Source: an uncultured Bacillota bacterium
Lineage (GTDB): Bacteria > Bacillota > Clostridia > Caldicoprobacterales > UBA3941
Direction: 5' to 3'
DNA length: 58,677 nt
Assembly (NCBI GenBank): GCA_938003915.1
Contig: CALKWV010000050.1
Location: 1-58,677 of the forward strand
This document shows positions 18,308-28,839 of the stretch, one piece after another (the first letter of the stretch is position 1; every line of letters starts with the position of its first letter). The translations under genes and the position numbers were made by a program. Under the pieces are notes generated by a model. That model saw nothing but the letters and a program-made list of their open reading frames with translations. It had not been told where the DNA came from and made no database searches.

Positions 18308-18529
18308 ATGGCAGCAGGAAGCGGAAATACTGGACGTAATAGACAATTAGTACCTAAAGCTCACAAAGCGCTAGATGATATGAAATATGAAATTGCTAGG
18401 GAATTTAACCTACCTGTAACTCAAGGTTCAGAAGATTACTGGGGTAATTTAACTGCTCAACAATGTGGTAAAGTCGGCGGAGAAATGGTAAAACGCTTGA
18501 TAGCAATGGCTCAAAACCAGCTGAAATAA
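18308..18529 (+). CDS. Alpha/beta-type small acid-soluble spore protein
   Basis: …LVPKAHKALDDMKYEIAREFN…GNLTAQQCGKVGGEMVKRLI is a canonical SASP signature. SD AAAGGAGA. Confidence 0.9.
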   Translation: MAAGSGNTGRNRQLVPKAHKALDDMKYEIAREFNLPVTQGSEDYWGNLTAQQCGKVGGEMVKRLIAMAQNQLK

Positions 18530-18562
18530 TAGTTTAATAATAGTCTAGAATATGATAAAAAT

Positions 18563-18595
18563 AATACGGCGAATATTTTCGCCGTATTATTTTGT
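18563..18595 (+). terminator. Rho-independent terminator
   Basis: aatacggcgaa-tatt-ttcgccgtatt followed by attttg. Confidence 0.8.
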
Positions 18596-18663
18596 TGTAT
18601 TTTGTGCTATAATCATAATATTATCTCCTTAGAATTTCTAAAGACTTGTACGAGGTGGGAACT

Positions 18664-19185
18664 ATGATTCAAGATACTAACGCTTTGGCCGAGGATAAAT
18701 TATCTATTTTATATTTTATGGGATGTTTAGGTATCCCCCTGACAAATGGTCAAATTACTCGATTTTTTGTAGAAAATAATATCATTAATTATTTTGAGCT
18801 ACAGCAATATATTATTGAGCTTATATCCGGTGAACTAATTGATAATATGGAAACAGGTAATTCTCAATTCTTGACCTTAACCTCAAAAGGTAATAAGGTT
18901 TTAACTTTTTTTAAAAAAAGAATTTCTCCTTCACTGCGTAATATCATTGAATCCTATGCAGAAAATAATCGTGACCGTCTAAAAGACGAAAGTCAAATTA
19001 CTGCAGATTACAAAAAAATAAACCATAAGCAATACGAGGTTCTATGTAGAGTTACTGAAAAGGATATAGTGCTCATGGAACTAAAGCTTAACGTTCCCGA
19101 TAGTAGTCAAGCTAAGACTATTTGCGAAAACTGGCGGCTTAAAGCCCCTGAAGTCTTTAAAGCTATGTTAGACCGTTTGATATAA
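18664..19185 (+). CDS. DUF4364-like protein (hypothetical, winged-helix-like N-terminus)
   Basis: ATG 18664 follows GAGGTGGG. The family assignment is from memory of Clostridial DUF4364 proteins. Confidence 0.55.
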   Translation: MIQDTNALAEDKLSILYFMGCLGIPLTNGQITRFFVENNIINYFELQQYIIELISGELIDNMETGNSQFLTLTSKGNKVLTFFKKRISPSLRNIIESYAENNRDRLKDESQITADYKKINHKQYEVLCRVTEKDIVLMELKLNVPDSSQAKTICENWRLKAPEVFKAMLDRLI

Positions 19186-20086
19186 AAACTATGCCATTAG
19201 GCTCTTTTCCTACCTTCAAAGTATTAATTTTTCTAGCATTTTTCCAATCCACAATTGAAATTGAATTATCATCAGGATTGGTTACATAAACATATTTCTC
19301 GTATTGATCTACAGCCATACCATGTGTCATACCGTTTGTGGGCACATGGTTTATTATTTTTTTCTTTTCTATATCTACTATTTCAAGCCCTCCATGGCCC
19401 ATCGAGGAAACCAATACATACTTTCCGTCTTTAGTGTTATAAAATTGTCCTGGTATGGCATTTAGCCTGATGTCAGCTATAACTTTATAGCTATCAGTAT
19501 CAAGAACCTTTATACTCCCTACATCATCATTGTTTGAAGATGAACAACAAATAAATAACACATCTCCTTTTGCCGAATACTTTACTTGCATGGGGTTCTT
19601 TTCCAATTTAATAAGCTTTTTTATTAATAGACTGTCAGCATCAATAATTACAACATCATTAGAATTTACATTGGCTATAGCTAATTCCCTTTGAAAGGGA
19701 TCAAAATTTATGCCTTGAGGCAAGGATCCGGTCTTCAATTGGCTAATTAGTTTCATTTTTTGTACACATACCACCGATACTGTATCTGAATCACTATTTG
19801 TGACAAAAGCTAAGGCACGATCTTTATCATAAACCATATGCCATGGACGCCTTCCAGTAATAATAGAGTCCAGTACTTCACCTTTTAATAAATCAATAGC
19901 TGCTATGGAATCTGCATAATATTGACTAACCAAAACCTTATAACTTTTGTCATATTCTATTATATCATAGGGTCCTGAATCTTTTGGAAGTTGTATTCGT
20001 TTAATTTCTTCAAAACGGCAGGGATCAATAACTGAAATAGTACTATCACCAGTATTTGTAACTGCTATTAAATGTTTATAATTCAT
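19163..20086 (-). CDS. YncE/YVTN-type beta-propeller repeat protein
   Basis: Repeated units of about 40 residues (…P.G(I/M).(F/V)D…YV(T/S)N…D..(V/I)S(V/I)ID). ATG 20086 lies 7 nt after GGAGG. Confidence 0.65.
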   Translation of the reverse strand: MNYKHLIAVTNTGDSTISVIDPCRFEEIKRIQLPKDSGPYDIIEYDKSYKVLVSQYYADSIAAIDLLKGEVLDSIITGRRPWHMVYDKDRALAFVTNSDSDTVSVVCVQKMKLISQLKTGSLPQGINFDPFQRELAIANVNSNDVVIIDADSLLIKKLIKLEKNPMQVKYSAKGDVLFICCSSSNNDDVGSIKVLDTDSYKVIADIRLNAIPGQFYNTKDGKYVLVSSMGHGGLEIVDIEKKKIINHVPTNGMTHGMAVDQYEKYVYVTNPDDNSISIVDWKNARKINTLKVGKEPNGIVFISNGLT

Positions 20087-20202
20087 AATTGACCTCCCCA
20101 TAATGCCAATGGCTTTTGGCCATCCATTTCATTAATAACTAATCCCTTGAAAAATTAATCTAATTTCATTATATGGGGAGAAGGTAAAAAGTGTAATCTA
20201 AT

Positions 20203-20259
20203 AAAAAAATACCTCCAGCCAGATAGCTAATTATTAATTAGCTTGTCTAACTTGGAGGT
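20203..20259 (-). terminator. Terminator of the valS-folC operon
   Basis: Long hairpin acctccaag…agctaatta/taattagct…ctggaggt, followed by AUUUUUUUA on the minus strand. Confidence 0.7.
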
Positions 20260-20280
20260 GCCCTATCACACGGGTTCTCG

Positions 20281-21606
20281 TTAATAATCTCTTATAGCTA
20301 CTGTTGATTTTCTATCTTTATTTTTTATATAGCTTCTTGCACTGCCCGCTAGATATAAAGAACCGCATATTATTACTACCCCTTCATGGCCTGCTATATC
20401 TATAGCCTTGTCTACTGCATCGGGGATATTGGGTTCTGTAATAACCTTATCACAATATTTTACAACTTTAGTACTAAGCTGGCTTGGATCCATGGCTCTA
20501 TGGCTCTCGGGCTTAGTTGTAATTACCTTATTGGCTAGGGGGCAAAGCTTGCTAACTACTGCATCTACTTCTTTATCCTTTAATATACCTAGTACTAAGG
20601 TTACTTCATCTCGGTTAAAATACTTGCTTATGGTATTAGCTAGGACACTTGCACCAGCGGCATTATGAGCACCATCTATTATGATTAATGGTCTCTCATA
20701 AACTTTTTCAAGGCGTCCTGGCCATTTTGTTTTAGCCAAACCCTTGTATATAGCTGCTTCAGGCACTCCTATTCCCAGATCCCGTATAACTTCTATAGCT
20801 GATAATGCAGTAGCAGCATTTAAAAGTTGATGTTCACCTATTAAATTTAGCTTTAGATCCTTATACTCCCTGTCTTTATACCGAAAATCAAAAAAATTGC
20901 CTTCTAGGGACGACTCTTTAACTAATATTTGGTCGGTAGAGACTTCATATAAAAAGGCATCCCTTTCTTTTGATACTTTTCTAAGGACTGTAGAAGCTTC
21001 ATGGAGCTGGGGATATACCACTACCGGCCTGCCATGCTTTATTATACCCGCTTTCTCGAAGGCAATCTCCCCTAAAGTGTTGCCTAATACATCTGTATGA
21101 TCAAAGTCAATGGCAGTGATTACCGATAACAAGGGTTTATCTACCACATTAGTAGCATCAAACCTTCCTCCCAATCCTACTTCTACTACAGCTATATCTA
21201 TCTCTTGCTGGGCAAAGTAAAGTAGGCCAATAGCTGTTATTATCTCAAAAACTGTAGGATGGTTGCGTCCCTCCGCAACCATCTCTTCCACCTTTTCCTT
21301 TACTATTTTGGTGACATTGCCTAAATCCTCATTAGGCATCTCCTTTAAATTTACTTGAATTCTTTCAGTAAAATTCTCTAAATAGGGAGAGGTAAACATT
21401 CCCACCTTATATCCCGCTTCATGGAGAATATGAGATATCATTGAAGTAACAGAGCCTTTACCATTTGTTCCTGCTACATGTATATACTTATATCTATTTT
21501 GCGGATTACCTAAGCGATTTAGTAAGTCAGTGATATTCTCCAGTCCTAGTTTAGATCCAAATTTATAAGCACTATATATATACTCCAAAGCTTGATTGTA
21601 GTCCAT
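20281..21606 (-). CDS. folC: Bifunctional folylpolyglutamate synthase / dihydrofolate synthase
   Basis: Mur-ligase motifs HVAGTNGKGS and DGAHN, in the classic valS-folC arrangement. An alternative GTG start lies at 21621. Confidence 0.9.
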   Translation of the reverse strand: MDYNQALEYIYSAYKFGSKLGLENITDLLNRLGNPQNRYKYIHVAGTNGKGSVTSMISHILHEAGYKVGMFTSPYLENFTERIQVNLKEMPNEDLGNVTKIVKEKVEEMVAEGRNHPTVFEIITAIGLLYFAQQEIDIAVVEVGLGGRFDATNVVDKPLLSVITAIDFDHTDVLGNTLGEIAFEKAGIIKHGRPVVVYPQLHEASTVLRKVSKERDAFLYEVSTDQILVKESSLEGNFFDFRYKDREYKDLKLNLIGEHQLLNAATALSAIEVIRDLGIGVPEAAIYKGLAKTKWPGRLEKVYERPLIIIDGAHNAAGASVLANTISKYFNRDEVTLVLGILKDKEVDAVVSKLCPLANKVITTKPESHRAMDPSQLSTKVVKYCDKVITEPNIPDAVDKAIDIAGHEGVVIICGSLYLAGSARSYIKNKDRKSTVAIRDY

Positions 21607-21627
21607 TGAAATAGCTTCCACCTGCCC

Positions 21628-24285
21628 TTACTTCATCAATTTATTTAAAGCTTCTATCCTGTCATTTACTTTATCCATCATATCAAGGTATTTCTTAAGC
21701 TTCTGTCTTTCCTCCTCCACTACAGCAGGAGGTGCTTTTTTGACAAAATTCTCATTAGCAAGTTTGCCTTCAGCCCTGGCAATTTCCTTTTTTAAGGTTT
21801 CTTTTTCCTTGTTTAATCTTGCCATTTCCTTATCAAAATCCACTAAATCTTCTAAAGGCATAAATATTTGTGCCTTATCTGTCACTGCAGAAACACTGTT
21901 TTCAGGAATATCTGCTTCACTATTCTTTAAAACTAGCTTTGATGCATAGGCCAACCTTTCAAAGTAGATTTTGCCCTCTTCAAATACATCTTTATAGCCT
22001 TGTGATGGAACAATAATTACCTGTGCCTTTTGAGAAGGATGAACCTCCATTTCTGCCCTAACATTTCTTATACTCCTAATGGCATTCATTATTGCCTCCA
22101 TCTGATCTTCGGCTTCAGCATCTACTTCATTTTCATTGTACTCTGGCCATGGAGATATCATTATGCTGTCTCCTTCATGAGGTAAGTGCTGCCATATCTC
22201 CTCTGTTATAAAGGGCATAAAAGGATGCAACAATTTCAAACTATTGGATAATACGTAAGTAAGTGTATACAGTACTGTTTCCCTCTGCTGCTCATTCTCC
22301 TGGTCATATAATCTTGGCTTTGCAAGCTCGATATACCAATCACAAAACTCGCTCCATATAAAATCATAGAGCTTCTGTACCGCAATACCTAGTTCATACT
22401 TTTCTAGATTTTCAGTTACTTCTTGAACTAACCGATTGTATTTACTAATGATCCAACGGTCAGGCAGCTCCAACTCTTCCTTATCTGGTTTCTTGGGAAC
22501 AGTATCTTTTAGGTTCATTAATATAAATCTAGATGCATTCCATATCTTATTGGCAAAATTTCTAGAGGATTCAACTCGTTCATAATGGAACCTCATATCA
22601 TTTCCTGGTGCGTTACCTGTTAGGAGGCTAAGCCTTAGGGCATCGGCCCCATACTCCTCAATTACCTCAAGGGGATCTATACCATTACCCAAGGATTTAC
22701 TCATCTTTCGTCCCTGGGCATCCCTGACAATACCATGAATAAATACATGCCGGAAAGGAACTTCACCCATATGCTCCAATCCAGAAAAGATCATTCTAGC
22801 TACCCAGAAGAATATAATATCGTATCCTGTTACTAGAACGCTGGTTGGATAAAAATACTCTAGCTCCTCTGTTTTATCCGGCCAGCCTAATGTAGAAAAG
22901 GGCCAAAGGGCAGAACTAAACCATGTATCCAAAACATCTTCATCCTGCTTGAATTCTGTACTACCGCATTTTGTACAATAGTCGGGCATCTCCCTGGCTA
23001 CTACTGTATCATTGCAGCCTTGGCAATAATAAGCTGGTATTCTGTGTCCCCACCATAGCTGCCTGGAAATACACCAGTCCCTAATATTTTCCATCCAGTT
23101 AAAGTATATCTTTTCAAATCTCTCAGGAATAAACTTAATTCGTCCATCTCTGACAGCTTCAATAGCAGGTTTGGCCAAAGGTTCCATCTTTACAAACCAC
23201 TGTTTAGATATAATTGGTTCTACTACAGTATCGCATCTGTAGCAGTGTCCCACATTATGGCTATGTTCCTCTATCTTGGCCAAAAGACCCTCTTTTTCTA
23301 AGTCTTCTATTATTCTTTTTCTTGCCTCGTATCTGTCAAGTCCCTGATATTTACCCGCATTTTCATTCATTACAGCCTCATCATCCATAACTCTTAGCTG
23401 CTCAAGATTATGGCGAAGCCCTACCTCAAAATCATTAGGATCGTGTGCAGGTGTAATCTTTACAACTCCAGTTCCAAACTCCCTATCAACATATTCATCC
23501 GCTATTATAGGTATCTCACGATTTACCAAGGGAAGAATTACCTTCTTGCCAATGAGATGCTGATATCTTTCATCTTCAGGATGAACTGCTACTGCAGTAT
23601 CTCCTAGCATGGTTTCAGGCCTAGTAGTTGCTATGGTTAGCTTTTCATCGCTGTCCTTAATTGGATAATAAATGTGCCAGAAGTGACCATCTTGTTCTTG
23701 ATGCTCTACCTCTGCATCTGATAGAGCAGTTTTACATTCTGGACACCAATTGATAATTCTATCTCCTCGATAAATTAGACCTTTTTCATATAGTCTAATG
23801 AATACCTCTATAACTGCACGACTACAACCTTCATCCATGGTAAAACGCTCTCTGGACCAGTCAAGGGATGAACCCAGTTTTTTAAGCTGGTCTACAATTC
23901 TCCCCCCATATTTTTCCTTCCATTCCCATGCCCTTTCCAGAAAGCCCTCTCTTCCAACATGGTTTTTAGTAAGGCCTTCCTTTGCCATTTCTTCAACAAT
24001 TTTTACTTCAGTAGCAATACTAGCATGGTCAGTCCCTGGAACCCACAGAGTTGAGTAGCCCTGCATTCTTCTCCAGCGTATTAATGTGTCTTGCAGGGTA
24101 TTATCCAAGGCATGACCCATATGCAGCTGTCCGGTTATATTTGGAGGAGGAATAACTATACAGAAAGGTTTTTTACTCCAGTCCACTTCTCCCCTAAAAT
24201 AGCCTTTTTCCATCCATTCTTTATATATCCTATCCTCTACCTGTTTAGGATCATAGGTTTTTGCTATCATACGATCTTCACCCAT
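21628..24285 (-). CDS. valS: Valine--tRNA ligase
   Basis: 885 aa with HMGH and KMSKS motifs and a C-terminal coiled coil. SD AAAGGAGAG. Confidence 0.97.
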   Translation of the reverse strand: MGEDRMIAKTYDPKQVEDRIYKEWMEKGYFRGEVDWSKKPFCIVIPPPNITGQLHMGHALDNTLQDTLIRWRRMQGYSTLWVPGTDHASIATEVKIVEEMAKEGLTKNHVGREGFLERAWEWKEKYGGRIVDQLKKLGSSLDWSRERFTMDEGCSRAVIEVFIRLYEKGLIYRGDRIINWCPECKTALSDAEVEHQEQDGHFWHIYYPIKDSDEKLTIATTRPETMLGDTAVAVHPEDERYQHLIGKKVILPLVNREIPIIADEYVDREFGTGVVKITPAHDPNDFEVGLRHNLEQLRVMDDEAVMNENAGKYQGLDRYEARKRIIEDLEKEGLLAKIEEHSHNVGHCYRCDTVVEPIISKQWFVKMEPLAKPAIEAVRDGRIKFIPERFEKIYFNWMENIRDWCISRQLWWGHRIPAYYCQGCNDTVVAREMPDYCTKCGSTEFKQDEDVLDTWFSSALWPFSTLGWPDKTEELEYFYPTSVLVTGYDIIFFWVARMIFSGLEHMGEVPFRHVFIHGIVRDAQGRKMSKSLGNGIDPLEVIEEYGADALRLSLLTGNAPGNDMRFHYERVESSRNFANKIWNASRFILMNLKDTVPKKPDKEELELPDRWIISKYNRLVQEVTENLEKYELGIAVQKLYDFIWSEFCDWYIELAKPRLYDQENEQQRETVLYTLTYVLSNSLKLLHPFMPFITEEIWQHLPHEGDSIMISPWPEYNENEVDAEAEDQMEAIMNAIRSIRNVRAEMEVHPSQKAQVIIVPSQGYKDVFEEGKIYFERLAYASKLVLKNSEADIPENSVSAVTDKAQIFMPLEDLVDFDKEMARLNKEKETLKKEIARAEGKLANENFVKKAPPAVVEEERQKLKKYLDMMDKVNDRIEALNKLMK

Positions 24286-24304
24286 TGTATACTCTCCTTT
24301 CCCT

Positions 24305-24514
24305 TCATTTAATAATTCTAAATAAGCCTAATAGTCCTATTAATACTCCAAATATTTTTAGTATAGTTGTAACCTTGAAAAGCTTATGGGGTGATACTTT
24401 CATAATCCTTACAGCTATAAACCTAGCGCCGTAAGTTATAAAAGCAGCTATTATAAAAAACAATAAGGCCACCTTATCTATATTGATTAAATTCTCTAGT
24501 GCCTTCTCAAACAT
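24305..24514 (-). CDS. Small two-TM membrane protein between the T-box leader and valS
   Basis: 69 aa. ATG lies 8 nt after GAAGGG. Two hydrophobic helices. It ends 20 nt before valS. Confidence 0.45.
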   Translation of the reverse strand: MFEKALENLINIDKVALLFFIIAAFITYGARFIAVRIMKVSPHKLFKVTTILKIFGVLIGLLGLFRIIK

Positions 24515-24536
24515 AAACAACACCCTTCATAATAGA

Positions 24537-24800
24537 TAAAAAAAGCCTTACATCCCAGGGACAAGGACGTAAGACTCCGCGGTACCACCTTGCTTTTTGC
24601 TTTTATAGCAATAATAACTATAAAAGCAAACACTCGAAATCTTTAACGGGATTAGCGTTTCAGCCTACTAATGGTTCAGCTGAAATGTTCAGAAGCGACC
24701 TTCCATTTTCTCCAACCGGGGAAATCTCTCAGCCAGTGGATTTCCTTTTCTGTCGGCCTTGAAAATGTACTCCTCTTCCTCATCACATTAATATGAAATT
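24537..24800 (-). promoter_or_regulatory. T-box leader, Val specifier (GUA), with terminator
   Basis: T-box sequence AAGGUGGUACCGCGG (24577-24592). Specifier loop …UUAGUAGGC with GUA at 24666-24668. Terminator cuuacgucc…gggauguaagg followed by a U7 run (24537-24576). Confidence 0.9.
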
Positions 24801-24830
24801 GTTGTTTACAATTAGCTACTTTTTCATAAT

Positions 24831-24858
24831 ATTATAACCTATAAAGTTGTGTTGTCAA
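24831..24858 (-). promoter_or_regulatory. SigmaA-like promoter for the T-box/valS operon
   Basis: TTGACA (24853-24858), 16-nt spacer, TATAAT (24831-24836) on the minus strand. Confidence 0.5.
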
Positions 24859-24941
24859 GACTTAACTTTAAACCTATTATACTAGTTAAATAGCATTAGC
24901 TAAATATTATGACAACTATTGAAGTGGCACAATAGATTAAG

Positions 24942-25466
24942 CTAAACATTTGTATTATGATTTCCTAAATTTATAATACCATATTGAACAAGGGCAAATA
25001 ATGTAAGGAAGACTGCAATTCCTAACAGATAATAGGCGTAAGGTAATTCAAACACTAAAGCTATAATGGCTACATAAAAGGCTGCACTAGCAGCTTTCCC
25101 AACAAAATTAGACTGTACTACAGTATCTCTATTTTTGTATAAGAATATTGCGCCTAACACCATTAATAGTTCCTTACCTAACACTATAATTACAACCATT
25201 AAGGGAACTATATCTACTGTATACAAGCTTATCAAAACAACAATTAACATTAGCTTGTCAGCTAATGGATCCATTAGTTTACCCCATTTGGTGATCATAT
25301 CATATTTTCTGGCAATATAGCCATCTAACACATCGGTAATCCCTGCTACCAAAAAAATTATAATAGCCCATTTAAGATTGTTTTCAATAGCAGGATTATT
25401 AAAGACATATATAAATACGCCAACGAGGCAAAATCTAATGGCTGTCAAGATATTGGGTATGTTCAT
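24942..25466 (-). CDS. pgsA: CDP-diacylglycerol--glycerol-3-phosphate 3-phosphatidyltransferase
   Basis: CDP-alcohol phosphotransferase motif DVLDGYIARK…G…DPLADK. Start at MNIPNILT (15466 frame) with a GAGGAAAA SD. Confidence 0.85.
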   Translation of the reverse strand: MNIPNILTAIRFCLVGVFIYVFNNPAIENNLKWAIIIFLVAGITDVLDGYIARKYDMITKWGKLMDPLADKLMLIVVLISLYTVDIVPLMVVIIVLGKELLMVLGAIFLYKNRDTVVQSNFVGKAASAAFYVAIIALVFELPYAYYLLGIAVFLTLFALVQYGIINLGNHNTNV

Positions 25467-25623
25467 ATTTATTTTCCTCTTCTCTTTGTTTAGCTTAAAC
25501 TTAATTTTATTTTTTCTAATGGATTTTATACTATACATTAACCATTGTCCAATTCACTAGTTACTATATTCTACTTATAATTAAAAATTCCTCCAAAAAG
25601 ATCGAGGAATTGCTACAAAACTA

Positions 25624-25700
25624 TGGTCGGGATGACAGGATTTGAACCTGCGACCCCTTGCTCCCGAAGCAAGTGCGCTACCAAGCTGCGCTACATCCCG
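25624..25700 (-). tRNA. tRNA-Pro (anticodon CGG), CCA encoded
   Basis: Acceptor CGGGAUG/CAUCCCG, anticodon stem CUUGC/GCAAG, loop UUCGGGA. Confidence 0.9.
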
Positions 25701-25707
25701 AATTGTA

Positions 25708-25783
25708 TGGAGCCAATAAGGGGACTCGAACCCCTGACCTACGGTTTACGAGACCGTTGCTCTACCATCTGAGCTATATTGGC
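25708..25783 (-). tRNA. tRNA-Thr (anticodon CGU), CCA encoded
   Basis: Acceptor GCCAAUA/UAUUGGC, anticodon stem ACGGU/ACCGU, loop CUCGUAA. Confidence 0.9.
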
Positions 25784-26071
25784 ACTATAACATCTTATAT
25801 AATAGTTAATTATATCATAGTAGTTTTAAAATGTCACCACATTTTTCAATTCTATAATCTAGGTGATATTGATGAATTCATCCCTTAATCCAATATAACA
25901 AGATAGAAAATACATAAATAAGAAAATTAAAGTCGCTGAATTGCTACACATATTTCAAAATTTTTATTGGAAATTCATAAATCCTTAGTCTGATACTTAA
26001 ATCACCTTTTATTATCACTTGAATATTATAAAAGTAGCTAAACTATGTCAAGGTTTTGGAGGTGTTACCAA

Positions 26072-27067
26072 ATGAGAAAAATGAATTTTTTTATTTTAGC
26101 TCTAGTTTTAGTGTTGGCTATAGCCTTTGTTATATCAGGATGTAATAAGCAACAAGGTCAAAAAGTCCGCTTGATAGAAGTAACCCATTCTATTTTCTAT
26201 GCACCTCAATATGTTGCGATATATGAAGGGTATTTCAAGGAGGAAGGTATAGACATTGAACTTACTACAGGTGAAGGTGCTGACAAAGTCATGACCGCTG
26301 TGCTAGCTAACCAAGCGGACATTGGGTTTATGGGGCCTGAAGCAGCTATCTATGTTTACAACGAAGGCAGAGAGGATTACGCCCAGATTTTTGCACAGCT
26401 AACTCAAACCGATGGTTCTTTTTTGGTAGGTAGAGAAGAAGAACCGGATTTTAAATGGGAAAACTTAAGAGGTAAAACCATTATTGGTGGTCGAAAAGGC
26501 GGGGTTCCTCTAATGACCCTGGAATATGTACTTAAGAAGCATGGACTAACACCTGGTGTAGATGTAGAAGTATTGACAAATGTCCAATTCGCATTAATGG
26601 CAGGCGCTTTTACTGGCGGCACTGGTGATTATGTAACCCTATTTGAACCAGTGGCCTCAACATTAGAAAATGAAGGTTCCGGTTATGTTGTCGCGTCAGT
26701 AGGAGTTGCAGCTGGTAACATTCCTTATACAGCATATGCCGCCAAAAAAAGCTTTATAGAAAAAAATAAAGATCTAATCCAACGTTTTACCAACGCTATT
26801 TACAAAGGCCAGCAATTTGTGCAAGAAAAGTCTCCTGAAGAAATAGCAAAAGCTATACAACCAGCTTTCCCCGACAGTGATCTAGATTTGCTTACTCAAG
26901 TAATTAAGAGATATAAGGATCAGGATTCCTGGGCAAGCAATCCTATTTTAAAGGAAGAGGATTTTAACCACCTACAAGATATAATGGAAATGGCTGGTGA
27001 ACTTGATAAAAGAGCACCCTACGATGAACTAATTAACAATGAATTTGCAGAGAAAGCAACCAAATAA
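26072..27067 (+). CDS. ABC transporter substrate-binding lipoprotein, NMT1/THI5 (NitT/TauT) family
   Basis: Lipobox ISGC. ATG lies 8 nt after GGAGGTG. NMT1-like fold pattern, followed by the cognate ATPase and permease. Confidence 0.8.
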   Translation: MRKMNFFILALVLVLAIAFVISGCNKQQGQKVRLIEVTHSIFYAPQYVAIYEGYFKEEGIDIELTTGEGADKVMTAVLANQADIGFMGPEAAIYVYNEGREDYAQIFAQLTQTDGSFLVGREEEPDFKWENLRGKTIIGGRKGGVPLMTLEYVLKKHGLTPGVDVEVLTNVQFALMAGAFTGGTGDYVTLFEPVASTLENEGSGYVVASVGVAAGNIPYTAYAAKKSFIEKNKDLIQRFTNAIYKGQQFVQEKSPEEIAKAIQPAFPDSDLDLLTQVIKRYKDQDSWASNPILKEEDFNHLQDIMEMAGELDKRAPYDELINNEFAEKATK

Positions 27068-27091
27068 TTTATCGAATAACCTTGATTATAT

Positions 27092-27116
27092 AGCCCCTTT
27101 GGGGGCTTTTTATTTT
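27092..27116 (+). terminator. Rho-independent terminator/attenuator after the SBP gene
   Basis: agcccc-tttg-ggggct followed by tttttatttt. Confidence 0.7.
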
Positions 27117-27212
27117 AACAAATCATATGCCTAAGAATATAATGAATTATGAACAAAAACTCTAAATTCCTTATATCTTTATATATTTATCCATACAAGG
27201 AGGATTGGATAT

Positions 27213-27989
27213 ATGAATAGAAAAGAAGTGGTAAGTCTCAAGAATGTTTCCTTGAAATATTACAGTTTAGAGGGTGAAACCCATGCGGTTAATGATATAT
27301 CCTTTTCAGTTAAAGAAGGAGAGTTTATTGGAATTGTTGGACCTAGTGGCTGCGGTAAAACTACTATACTCTCTCTAATAGCTGGTCTAATTAAGCCTAC
27401 AAAAGGGGAAGTTTTAGTAGATGGAAAAAGTGTAGAAGGCCCTTCCACCGATGTGGGATACATGTTACAGCAGGATCATTTATTCGAGTGGCGTACCATA
27501 TCACAAAATGTCCTGTTAGGTCTTGAGATTCACGGCAAAGTAAATCAAGAATCTAAAGCAAAAGTAGAAAGACTTCTAGAAACCTATGGTTTAGGGGAGT
27601 TTAAAAATCATTATCCAGATCAACTCTCAGGCGGCATGAGACAAAGGGCGGCCCTGATACGCACCTTGGCTATCGATCCTAAAATTTTATTGCTTGATGA
27701 GCCTTTTTCAGCTTTAGATTATCAGACACGATTAGCAATATCCGATGAAGTAAGTACAATCATTCGAAAGGAAGGCAAAACTGCGCTGCTGGTTACCCAT
27801 GATATTTCTGAAGCTATCAGTATGTCAGATAAGGTTATAGTTTTAAGCAAAAGACCTGCTTCTATAAAGTCCATACATGAAATTAAGCTTACCTGTGAAA
27901 AAGATAATCCCATTAGCCGTCGTCAAGCCCCTGAGTTTAGAGAATACTTTAACACCATATGGAAGGAGTTGGATGTACATGTTCAATAG
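27213..27989 (+). CDS. ABC transporter ATP-binding protein (NitT/TauT family)
   Basis: Walker A GPSGCGKTT, signature LSGGMRQR, Walker B LLLDEP. Confidence 0.9.
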   Translation: MNRKEVVSLKNVSLKYYSLEGETHAVNDISFSVKEGEFIGIVGPSGCGKTTILSLIAGLIKPTKGEVLVDGKSVEGPSTDVGYMLQQDHLFEWRTISQNVLLGLEIHGKVNQESKAKVERLLETYGLGEFKNHYPDQLSGGMRQRAALIRTLAIDPKILLLDEPFSALDYQTRLAISDEVSTIIRKEGKTALLVTHDISEAISMSDKVIVLSKRPASIKSIHEIKLTCEKDNPISRRQAPEFREYFNTIWKELDVHVQ

Positions 27990-28803
27990 AAATAAAATTA
28001 GTGCTGCATCCAAAGAGCACGCAATGTACATTGCCAAGATTAAAAGAAGAAAACTGTTTATACGTCTCACACAAATCAGTGTCTTAATTCTCTTTATAAT
28101 TCTATGGGAGTTGGCAGCCAGATTTAAAATAATTGATGCTTTTATTACCAGCCAGCCAACTAGAATTGTTGATACATTAGTAAATTTGCATGAAGAAGGT
28201 ACCCTTTGGATGCATATCTCCATAAGTATTATAGAAACAATAATAGGTTTTGTTTTAGGAACTGCCCTGGGTACAGCTATTGCTATAGTGCTATGGTGGT
28301 CAGATTTTATTGCAAAAGTAGCTGATCCCTACCTAGTAGTGTTAAATAGTTTACCAAAGGTTGCATTGGGACCTATTATCATCGTTTGGATAGGTGCAGG
28401 TCCTTTTGCTATTATAACCATGGCCCTATTAGTTTCCCTTATAGTCACTATCATAACAGTGCTTAATGGTTTTTTAGAAGTCAGTCCAGATAAGATTAAG
28501 CTGCTTCAGACATTTGGTGCTACTAAGCTGCAAATCCTAAAAAAGGTTATTCTTCCTGCCAGTATTCCTACCATCATATCAGCCCTTAAGATCAATGTTG
28601 GTATGTCTTGGGTAGGAGTAATAGTTGGAGAGTTTTTAGTTTCCAAAGCAGGATTAGGACATTTGATCGTATACGGTGGTCAGGTATTTAAGCTTGATCT
28701 AGTTATGACCAGCGTATTTATACTTTCTATTGCAGCTGCTTTGATGTATCAGTTTACAGCTTGGTTAGAGAAAAAATTAATAAAATGGCAGAATTTAAGA
28801 TAA
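27973..28803 (+). CDS. ABC transporter permease (BPD_transp_1)
   Basis: The start overlaps the ATPase stop, with ATGs at 27973 and 27979. Multi-TM with an EAA-like region. The upstream part of the track ORF is out-of-frame overlap with the ATPase. Confidence 0.85.
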   Translation: MYMFNRNKISAASKEHAMYIAKIKRRKLFIRLTQISVLILFIILWELAARFKIIDAFITSQPTRIVDTLVNLHEEGTLWMHISISIIETIIGFVLGTALGTAIAIVLWWSDFIAKVADPYLVVLNSLPKVALGPIIIVWIGAGPFAIITMALLVSLIVTIITVLNGFLEVSPDKIKLLQTFGATKLQILKKVILPASIPTIISALKINVGMSWVGVIVGEFLVSKAGLGHLIVYGGQVFKLDLVMTSVFILSIAAALMYQFTAWLEKKLIKWQNLR

Positions 28804-28839
28804 AAAAGATGAGAGAAGTTTTTTCTCTCATCCTTTTTT
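28802..28839. terminator. Bidirectional terminator
   Basis: gatgagagaa-gtttt-ttctctcatc, flanked by A5 and T6 runs. Confidence 0.7.

Noticed and set aside
19163-19185. Convergent gene overlaps: DUF4364 with the beta-propeller gene (23 nt), and SpoIID-like with cca (9 nt, 32935-32943).
   Set aside because: Short convergent 3' overlaps are common in compact genomes. No regulatory structure was seen.
25658-25888. 76-aa ORF overlapping tRNA-Pro and tRNA-Thr. Likewise 56697-56891(+) lies over the purC leader.
   Set aside because: Both are fully explained by tRNA genes or riboswitch sequence on the opposite strand.
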